Below are positions 9,212 to 14,188 of a DNA stretch of 39,620 nucleotides, piece by piece (the stretch's first letter is position 1; every line of letters begins with the position of its first letter). The notes beneath the pieces were generated by a model that saw nothing but the letters and a program-made list of their open reading frames with translations, was not told the origin of the DNA and ran no database searches. Both the position numbers and the translations under genes were made by a program. The stretch comes from Deinococcales bacterium (GTDB taxonomy: Bacteria; Deinococcota; Deinococci; Deinococcales; JAAFIG01): assembly GCA_043778225.1 (NCBI GenBank), contig JAYWGM010000019.1:1-39620 (forward strand), given 5' to 3'.

Positions 9212-9340
9212 TGGTGGAGCGAGTGGGATTTGCACCCACGTCCTGACGATTAGAAGTCGATAACCCTCACGCTTCGGCTCTATAAAGAACAAGGTGTGCA
9301 AAAGGATGTTTTATCCGCTCTACTCCTGAGCTACCGCCCC
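9212..9340 (-). ncRNA. Y RNA (YrlA-related), tRNA-framed or circularly permuted form with CCA end
   Basis: Acceptor GGGGCGG/TCGCTCC-A-CCA, D arm GCTC/GAGC, T arm GTGGG-TGCAAAT-CCCAC; 54-nt insert with Ro helix CTTGTTCT-ttat-AGAGC(C)GAAG. Confidence 0.8.
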
Positions 9341-9352
9341 ACGAAAAAATGT

Positions 9353-9476
9353 TGGAACAGGAGGGAATCGAACCCCCGACCTCCCCTGAGTAGAGGTAAT
9401 CCTCGAGCGACGGCTCAGAAAAAAGCAAAAAATGCTGAGGAATTTTTTTGGCGCTCTACCACTGAGCTACTGTTCC
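9353..9476 (-). ncRNA. Y RNA (YrlA-related), tRNA-framed form, second copy
   Basis: Acceptor GGAACAG/CTGTTCC-A, D arm GCTC-AGTGGTA-GAGC, T arm GGGGG-TTCGATT-CCCTC; insert carries TTGCTT...GAGCCGTCGCTCGAGGATTACC. Confidence 0.75.
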
Positions 9477-9483
9477 ATAAAAA

Positions 9484-9705
9484 TCAAAACTCGAGTTGAA
9501 ACGTACTACCCGCATTTGCATTAGCGTTCTTGACTCGTTTAATCAATTCAGATAAACGCATTGAAACCGCCATTGAAAATACTTGATGCTCCTCACCAGA
9601 GGCTTCTCGAGCAACCGAAACAGGCACACCAGAAATAACGAGCGTCACACCCGTTTTGGTGGTGTAGGTATAATTAATTCTGGTTTCTGGAGCAATCACA
9701 ATCAA
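9484..9705 (-). CDS. Small protein resembling a YgiT/MqsA-type zinc-finger antitoxin domain, but without Cys
   Basis: YTY..G.TLVISGVPVSV...GE..VFS..V..RL pattern; GTGA/TTGA-type overlap with the upstream ORF. Confidence 0.5.
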   Translation of the reverse strand: MIVIAPETRINYTYTTKTGVTLVISGVPVSVAREASGEEHQVFSMAVSMRLSELIKRVKNANANAGSTFQLEF

Positions 9706-9905
9706 GCCGCTTGATTCTTAGGCATGGTTGCAATTAACGCCCTAAGTACAGCATTAACTTGTTCAGGCGTAGCAAAAACTTGTGCCACATCAGGCTCGAG
9801 CAGCACAACTCGAGAACCACTTGGAATACTTGTGAAACGATTTGGTTTGGCTTGACTATAATCAAAAATATACTCTGGTCTTAATTCATCCAAGGTGTTT
9901 GGCAT
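9702..9905 (-). CDS. BrnA-like/CopG-type antitoxin-like small protein (start MPNTLDEL)
   Basis: ELRPEYIFDYSQAKPNRF...VLLEPDVAQVF.TPEQVNAVLR pattern; the longer ORF would overlap tRNA-Ser. Confidence 0.6.
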   Translation of the reverse strand: MPNTLDELRPEYIFDYSQAKPNRFTSIPSGSRVVLLEPDVAQVFATPEQVNAVLRALIATMPKNQAA

Positions 9906-9936
9906 GACGCAAATTCTAGCGCTTTTAGAGATTAAA

Positions 9937-10019
9937 AGGAATCGGAGGGATTTGAACCCTCGAGACATCAGTCTTCCTTCTTAGCAGGAAGGTGCAATAA
10001 GCCACTCTGCCACGATTCC
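9937..10019 (-). tRNA. tRNA-Ser(GCT)
   Basis: GGAATCG/CGATTCC acceptor, CCTTC-CTGCTAA-GAAGG, long variable arm, TTCAAAT loop; no encoded CCA. Confidence 0.9.
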
Positions 10020-10045
10020 ATAAGGCTCGAGAAAACCTCGAGCTT

Positions 10046-10123
10046 TGGCGTGCCTGACAGGATTTGAACCTGCAACGATACGTGTTGGAGACGTACTCCC
10101 TTAGCCAGTCGGGATTCAGACAC
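10046..10123 (-). tRNA. tRNA-Trp(CCA)
   Basis: GTGTCTG/CAGGCAC-G-CCA, TACGT-CTCCAAC-ACGTA. Confidence 0.88.
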
Positions 10124-10127
10124 AAAA

Positions 10128-10210
10128 AGGAAAGCAAGGGAATCGAACCCTTGAGGCTTTTACGCCCAGCCGTTTTCAAAACGGTGTCCTCGACCCACCG
10201 GACGCTTTCC
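10128..10210 (-). tRNA. tRNA-Ser(TGA), atypical D region
   Basis: GGAAAGC/GCTTTCC, CCGT-TTTGAAA-ACGG, long variable arm, AAGGG-TTCGATT-CCCTT. Confidence 0.8.
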
Positions 10211-10215
10211 ATAAA

Positions 10216-10285
10216 AGACCTCGCTCGGAATTGAACCGAGACTCCTTGGTTTGCAGCCAAAGCCCATGCCGTCTGGCTCGAGATC
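10216..10285 (-). tRNA. tRNA-Cys(GCA)
   Basis: GATCTCG/CGAGGTC with U73, TTTGG-CTGCAAA-CCAAG. Confidence 0.85.
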
Positions 10286-10300
10286 AAAATTTGATATATT

Positions 10301-11191
10301 TTAGAATGGAGGAAGTCCATCAATTCTATCCAGTTCCATTCCTGAAAAACTTTCAAATATAAACCATGCGTCATTTTTGGCAATCAATCGAAATTTAAAT
10401 TGATTGCCAGAGTATCCGCTTTGGGTTCTTATATCTTGAATTATAGAAGAAAAGTTATCATATGCTTCTTGTTGTAAACCACCTAAAAATCGCCCATAAT
10501 GGTCATGTATTTGAAGAGCCTTCATGCTATTTCCTGCTGTGGCATAACCACCACCTGGAGGCATCAAAACTGTCCCATCAGAAAGTTCAACAAATATTGT
10601 CATACCCGCTTTTCGTGCTTGTGTAAAGTGACGTGGCTCTATAAGTTTTGGGAAAACATTTTCAAAAGGTGTTTTAAACCGATCAAAAAGCTCAGACCAA
10701 TTAGAGTAGGCAATCTCGAGCAAATCTCTTTCTCCCCACACGGTTGGATGACTTCTGCCATGTGAACGAACGTCAATGCAATAAATCGTATCTTGGTCAA
10801 CCATACAAAATAAAATTTCTTGCGTTCCTGATTCCGTAAAGTGTAAATGATGTATACCCCAATCAAACAGTATTGGGTCATACTTTTCAGTATCCATAAT
10901 TGAACGACTTTGGTGTGACATTAAATTTTCGCCACGCCCAGATTTTTCTTGCAGTAATTGCAAGTCATTTTGATGTTGGCTTGGACAGGTAAATTCTTTA
11001 GCGTAGACAAACCTACGCGGGGCAATTGGAATTTTTCGTATCTCAGCGTTAAAATACTGGAGTGCTATTTTTTGAGGATCAGTGGCAGCAGAAATACTAT
11101 ATCCTTGGGCTACTAATAACATACCCAAATAAGCTGCCCAATCTTCGTAGAAACTGATTTCCAAGTCAATGCCGTCTATGGTTGTTTTCAT
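10301..11191 (-). CDS. Hypothetical 296-aa protein, AT-rich, possible RelE/YafQ-like ribonuclease core
   Basis: Long ORF inside the tRNA array; DWGIHHLHF...EILFCMVDQDTIYCIDVRSH; function is inference only. Confidence 0.7.
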   Translation of the reverse strand: MKTTIDGIDLEISFYEDWAAYLGMLLVAQGYSISAATDPQKIALQYFNAEIRKIPIAPRRFVYAKEFTCPSQHQNDLQLLQEKSGRGENLMSHQSRSIMDTEKYDPILFDWGIHHLHFTESGTQEILFCMVDQDTIYCIDVRSHGRSHPTVWGERDLLEIAYSNWSELFDRFKTPFENVFPKLIEPRHFTQARKAGMTIFVELSDGTVLMPPGGGYATAGNSMKALQIHDHYGRFLGGLQQEAYDNFSSIIQDIRTQSGYSGNQFKFRLIAKNDAWFIFESFSGMELDRIDGLPPF

Positions 11192-11268
11192 TCCAAATCA
11201 TTTTACTTTATGGTTTTAATTTTTGTACATGACAACTTTAGAATGTAAGAAATTTTTAGGTTGATATA

Positions 11269-11479
11269 TGGAGGAGGCGGGACTCGAACCCGCATATTCG
11301 GCACTGTCGGTTTTAGGAAACCCGCTTCCTGCGGCAAGTTACAAACCCACTCAAGATTCGTCATCTCGAGTCGCCAGCCAGTGCATCCGGAACCTCCGAC
11401 GGTTTTTGACCTGTGCCGCAGCTATTACGCTTACCGAATCCGTAGTTTTGCGGTGCGCGACCGTTTGCGCTACTCCCCC
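11269..11479 (-). ncRNA. 211-nt tRNA-framed structured RNA with a large pseudoknotted insert in the variable-arm position
   Basis: Acceptor GGGGGAG/CTCCTCC-A, D arm GCGC/GCGC, T arm GCGGG-TTCGAGT-CCCGC; nested stems ATTCGGTA/TGCCGAAT and CTGCGGCA/TGCCGCAG. Confidence 0.75.
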
Positions 11480-11482
11480 ATG

Positions 11483-11560
11483 TGGTGTTCCTTCAGGGAC
11501 TCGAACCCAGACTTGTCAGTGTTTTAAGCACTGCGCCTCTACCAATTGGGCTAAAGAAAC
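11483..11560 (-). tRNA. tRNA-Leu(TAA), short variable arm
   Basis: GTTTCTT/AAGGAAC-A-CCA, CAGTG-CTTAAAA-CACTG. Confidence 0.85.
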
Positions 11561-11561
11561 A

Positions 11562-11637
11562 TGGTGCGAATTACGAGAGTCGAACTCGTGTTTCCTGCAT
11601 GGCAAGCAGATGTCGTAAACCACTGGACGAAATTCGC
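11562..11637 (-). tRNA. tRNA-Gly(GCC)
   Basis: GCGAATT/AATTCGC-A-CCA, TCTGC-TTGCCAT-GCAGG. Confidence 0.9.
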
Positions 11638-11639
11638 AT

Positions 11640-11715
11640 TGGTGCGTCTGGTAGGAGTCGAACCTACAGATTCTCGGGTTTGAACCGAGCGAGTTTGCCA
11701 TTCCTCTACAAACGC
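11640..11715 (-). tRNA. tRNA-Leu(CAA), short variable arm
   Basis: GCGTTTG/CAGACGC-A-CCA, CTCGG-TTCAAAC-CCGAG. Confidence 0.88.
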
Positions 11716-11745
11716 ATGATTCTCGAGGAAATTCCCGAGAATTTT

Positions 11746-11821
11746 TGGTACGCCGAGCGGGACTCGAACCCGCAAGCTCCTCGTTCTAAGCGAGGTGAGT
11801 TTACCATTTCTCTATCAGCGC
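11746..11821 (-). tRNA. tRNA-Leu(TAG), short variable arm
   Basis: GCGCTGA/TCGGCGT-A-CCA, CCTCG-CTTAGAA-CGAGG. Confidence 0.9.
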
Positions 11822-11846
11822 ATAGACCCTCGAGACTCGAGGGTTA

Positions 11847-11924
11847 TGGTTTCCAAGGTCAGGATTTGAACCCGTAAATTCTTGTCGCTCAAACAAGTGA
11901 CTTTACCAATTTGTCTACACGGAT
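11847..11924 (-). tRNA. tRNA-Leu(GAG), degenerate (mismatched acceptor and T stems; possible pseudogene)
   Basis: CTTGT-TTGAGCG-ACAAG anticodon arm, TTCAAAT loop, ACCA end; acceptor ATCCGTG/CTTGGAA has 2 mismatches. Confidence 0.65.
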
Positions 11925-11926
11925 AA

Positions 11927-11986
11927 GCTGGTGCAGGTTTCCCATGCGGGTGCTGGTGCAGGTTTCCCATGCGGGTGCTGGTGCAG
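11927..11986. repeat. 25-nt tandem repeat (2.4 copies) duplicating the 3' end (CTGCACCA) of tRNA-Gly(TCC)
   Basis: gctggtgcaggtttcccatgcgggt at 11927 and 11952, partial at 11977. Confidence 0.9.
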
Positions 11987-12054
11987 TTGGCGGGAATCGA
12001 ACCCGCATTCTCTGTTTGGAAGACAGCCATCCTAAGCCGTTGGATGACAACTGC
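11979..12054 (-). tRNA. tRNA-Gly(TCC)
   Basis: GCAGTTG/CAACTGC-A-CCA, CTGT-CTTCCAA-ACAG. Confidence 0.9.
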
Positions 12055-12060
12055 ATAAAG

Positions 12061-12132
12061 CCCTTATTCATGTGGCACAACATAAAGCGGTGTGTGCCAT
12101 TTGCTCCCGCTCGAGCAAATGCAAAATAAGGG
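12061..12132 (-). ncRNA. Putative three-way-junction structured RNA in an array spacer
   Basis: Closing stem CCCTTATT/AATAAGGG enclosing ATTTGCTC/GAGCAAAT and TGGCACA/TGTGCCA. Confidence 0.4.
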
Positions 12133-12157
12133 TGGTGACCCCACGTTGTGCGGGGTT

Positions 12158-12232
12158 TGGAGCAGAAGGACAGGTTTCGCACCTGCGTCTCACCTCGGTT
12201 GAGGTGCATCTTGCTGTTTAGAAGACTTCTGC
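12158..12232 (-). tRNA. Aberrant tRNA-like gene with no canonical anticodon loop
   Basis: Perfect acceptor GCAGAAG/CTTCTGC-T-CCA, T arm GCAGG-TGCGAAA-CCTGT, anticodon arm CACCTC-AACC-GAGGTG. Confidence 0.6.
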
Positions 12233-12233
12233 A

Positions 12234-12309
12234 TGGTGGGTTCTCTCGAATTTGAATCGAGACCTCGACGATTAAAAGTCGTCTGCTCTGCCAGTTGAGC
12301 TAAAAACCC
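12234..12309 (-). tRNA. tRNA-Lys(TTT)
   Basis: GGGTTTT/AGAACCC-A-CCA, GACGA-CTTTTAA-TCGTC. Confidence 0.92.
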
Positions 12310-12334
12310 ATGTGGGGCTGATTAAACCCCATTT

Positions 12335-12410
12335 TGGTGATCTCGAGGAGAATTGAACTCCTGTCTGTCGGGTGAAAACCGCCTATCCTAAACCATTAGA
12401 CGACGAGACC
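12335..12410 (-). tRNA. tRNA-Glu(TTC)
   Basis: GGTCTCG/CGAGATC-A-CCA, CGG-TTTTCAC-CCG. Confidence 0.85.
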
Positions 12411-12413
12411 ATG

Positions 12414-12488
12414 TGGAAGGAAAGTTGGGATTTGAACCCAAAATAACAGCTTCAAAGGCTGTTGAGTTGCCAGTTACTCCACTTTCCT
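12414..12488 (-). tRNA. tRNA-Gln(TTG)
   Basis: AGGAAAG/CTTTCCT-T-CCA, ACAGC-CTTTGAA-GCTGT. Confidence 0.88.
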
Positions 12489-12495
12489 ATTTTGG

Positions 12496-12611
12496 ACTCG
12501 AGCAAGGTTTGTAGCACAGTAAAAAACGACTCGAGAATACCTCGAGTTTACAGGATTTGAACCTGTTCTCCTTTGGGGATTTACCGATAACTGTGTTACT
12601 TCGGCTCGAGC
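12496..12611 (-). ncRNA. Y RNA, YrlA-like topology (Ro stem ends, T arm, loop-closed acceptor-like stem, no D arm)
   Basis: 5' GCTCGAGC(C)GAAG pairs with 3' CTTGCTCGAGT; internal CAGG-TTCAAAT-CCTG and ACTCGAG-GTATT-CTCGAGT. Confidence 0.75.
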
Positions 12612-12617
12612 AAAAAC

Positions 12618-12693
12618 TGGTCGAGAGACTTGGAATTGAACCAAGACTTACTGTGCTTCAGACAATCGTGCAGACCAACTACACCATCTCTCG
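12618..12693 (-). tRNA. tRNA-Phe(GAA)
   Basis: CGAGAGA/TCTCTCG-A-CCA, ATTGT-CTGAAGC-ACAGT. Confidence 0.88.
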
Positions 12694-12696
12694 TTT

Positions 12697-12769
12697 TGGG
12701 TGCGGTGATGGGAGTTGAACCCATCAATCGAGCTTATGAGACTCGAGGCATCACCGGACGCACACCGCA
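12697..12769 (-). tRNA. tRNA with CAT anticodon (Met; subtype not determinable)
   Basis: TGCGGTG/CACCGCA-C-CCA, CGAGT-CTCATAA-GCTCG, reduced D arm. Confidence 0.8.
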
Positions 12770-12776
12770 TTAAAAC

Positions 12777-12850
12777 TGGTCGAAGATGATGGAATCGAAC
12801 CATCGTTGCCTGCATATCAGACAGGTGTCTTACCTTTAGACGAATCTTCG
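12777..12850 (-). tRNA. tRNA-Ile(GAT)
   Basis: CGAAGAT/ATCTTCG-A-CCA, CCTGT-CTGATAT-GCAGG. Confidence 0.9.
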
Positions 12851-12905
12851 TTTCTCCTCGAGTTGTTTGGAGGTAATTCTCGAGGGGTGCGTTTATAAAA
12901 CGCTC

Positions 12906-12981
12906 TGGTCGGCACGGCAAGGGTCGAACTTGCGGCTTCTGCTTTGTAAGAGCAGCACTCATACCACTGAGTTACGCGCCG
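12906..12981 (-). tRNA. tRNA-Val(TAC)
   Basis: CGGCGCG/CGTGCCG-A-CCA, CTGCT-CTTACAA-AGCAG. Confidence 0.9.
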
Positions 12982-13019
12982 TTAAACTCGAGGCGGTCAA
13001 GCGCCGTACTCTCGAGCAT

Positions 13020-13094
13020 TGGTGGAAATGATCGGATTTGAACCGATAACCTTCGCTGTGCAAAAGCGCTGCTCTCCCGTTGAGCTACAATCCC
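13020..13094 (-). tRNA. tRNA-Ala(TGC)
   Basis: GGGATTG/CATTTCC-A-CCA with G3:U70, CGCT-TTTGCAC-AGCG. Confidence 0.88.
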
Positions 13095-13117
13095 ATGTTG
13101 GGAACGGGTGTTCCCTT

Positions 13118-13194
13118 TGGTCGAGCGTGTAAGAATTGAACTTACCTAATGTCCTGTTTCCAAAACAGGAGACCCTCCTTGAGTCTGACGCTCG
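13118..13194 (-). tRNA. tRNA-Pro(TGG)
   Basis: CGAGCGT/ACGCTCG-A-CCA, CCTGT-TTTGGAA-ACAGG. Confidence 0.85.
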
Positions 13195-13199
13195 AGATA

Positions 13200-13273
13200 A
13201 GATTCGGATAGGAATTGAACCTATGACCTTTGGCTTCGCATACCAATGCTCGTTTCCACTGAGCTACCGAATC
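13200..13273 (-). tRNA. tRNA-Arg(GCG)
   Basis: GATTCGG/CCGAATC, TTGGT-ATGCGAA-GCCAA, no encoded CCA. Confidence 0.8.
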
Positions 13274-13287
13274 AAGTGATAGTGCTG

Positions 13288-13364
13288 TGGTGAACCGAGC
13301 AGGACTTGAACCTGCGACTTCCATGTTAGAAGCATGGCACTCTACTCCACTGAGTTATCGGTTC
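13288..13364 (-). tRNA. tRNA-Arg(TCT)
   Basis: GAACCGA/TCGGTTC-A-CCA, CCATG-CTTCTAA-CATGG. Confidence 0.92.
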
Positions 13365-13392
13365 GTGAAACCCATGTATTCACTGGTTCATG

Positions 13393-13468
13393 TGGTGAAT
13401 CGGGCAGGACTCGAACCTGCAACTTCCACGTTCGAAGCGTGGCACTCTGTCCTTTGAGTTACCGATTC
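13393..13468 (-). tRNA. tRNA-Arg(TCG)
   Basis: GAATCGG/CCGATTC-A-CCA, CCACG-CTTCGAA-CGTGG. Confidence 0.92.
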
Positions 13469-13474
13469 ATGATG

Positions 13475-13535
13475 CTCGAGCAAGTGAGTACAGCACGACA
13501 ATATTTTCAAGATAATCGTGTTGCTTCGGCTCGAG
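13475..13535 (-). ncRNA. Minimal Y RNA (Ro-binding hairpin only, ~61 nt)
   Basis: CTCGAGC(C)GAAG...CACGATTATC...GTCGTG...CACTTGCTCGAG. Confidence 0.75.
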
Positions 13536-13541
13536 ATGGGT

Positions 13542-13612
13542 ACTGCAAACAAGTGGATTCTTGAGGCGTTTTAATCTGGGAAAGAGATAAGCCTCGAGAT
13601 TCGGCTCGCAGT
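13542..13612 (-). ncRNA. Minimal Y RNA (Ro-binding hairpin only, ~71 nt)
   Basis: ACTGCGAGC(C)GAA-TCTCGAGGC-TTATC...GCCTCAAGA...CACTTGTTTGCAGT. Confidence 0.75.
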
Positions 13613-13616
13613 TATA

Positions 13617-13691
13617 TGGCGGTTCTAACGGGAATCGAACCCGTATTGCCTGAGAGACAGTCAAGCATCGTAGCCGTTGGAACATAGAACC
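13617..13691 (-). tRNA. tRNA-Asp(GTC)
   Basis: GGTTCTA/TAGAACC-G-CCA, CTTGA-CTGTCTC-TCAGG. Confidence 0.88.
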
Positions 13692-13717
13692 ATTTCATGG
13701 TGTCAAACACAGACCTA

Positions 13718-13792
13718 TGGCTGACTCGGTAGGGATCGAACCTACGACATCCTGATTAACAGTCAGGCGCTCTACCTCTAAGCTACAAGTCA
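13718..13792 (-). tRNA. tRNA-Asn(GTT)
   Basis: TGACTTG/CGAGTCA-G-CCA, CCTGA-CTGTTAA-TCAGG. Confidence 0.92.
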
Positions 13793-13796
13793 AAAC

Positions 13797-13880
13797 TGGT
13801 GGATAGAGAGGGATTTGAACCCCCAGTGTTTTTCAACGTCTGATCTACAGTCAGGTGCAATACCATTATGCGATCTACCC
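13797..13880 (-). tRNA. tRNA-Tyr(GTA)
   Basis: GGGTAGA/TCTATCC-A-CCA, CTGA-CTGTAGA-TCAG, long variable arm. Confidence 0.9.
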
Positions 13881-14096
13881 TTAATTTGCTCGAGAGTTGT
13901 ACGCCCCTGAGCGTGTTCGCCTCAAGAATAATCGTGATGCGCCGCACAGCACATAAATTCACGTTTTCTTGAAGAAGAAAAATTTGGCATTCGAGTTGTC
14001 AAAGTATACGCTCGAGAACGAGTTCTAGTCGTCGCAAGCAGTTTGGGTGCATTTTTAGCTTCTCGAGGACACGAATTCTCGAGTTGCGTACACCTG

Positions 14097-14172
14097 TGGG
14101 TTCATCGTCGGGAATCGCACCCGAGTTTCTAGGGTCACAACCTAGCGTCTTGTCTACTGGACGACAACGAAC
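14097..14172 (-). tRNA. tRNA-His(GTG)
   Basis: G-1:C73, TTCGTTG/CGATGAA, CTAGG-TTGTGAC-CCTAG, CCA. Confidence 0.9.
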
Positions 14173-14188
14173 ATAATTTGTGCGGTAC

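Noticed and set aside
9039..9239. N-terminal extension of the Ro60 ORF (597 aa in the ORF track)
   Set aside because: It overlaps the Y-like RNAs; a good SD precedes ATG 9038 and TROVE similarity starts there
11269..11479. tmRNA or group I intron-containing tRNA; short frame GCA AAA CTA CGG ATT CGG TAA (AKLRIR*)
   Set aside because: A D stem is present, the RNA is too short, the frame lies in the wrong place for a tag, and no group I P7 core was seen; the RIR* match to the leader end is probably chance
12855..12890. Spacer CTCGAGAATTACCTC similar to part of the Y RNA at 9353-9476
   Set aside because: It lacks the Ro motif, and the similarity is largely due to CTCGAG
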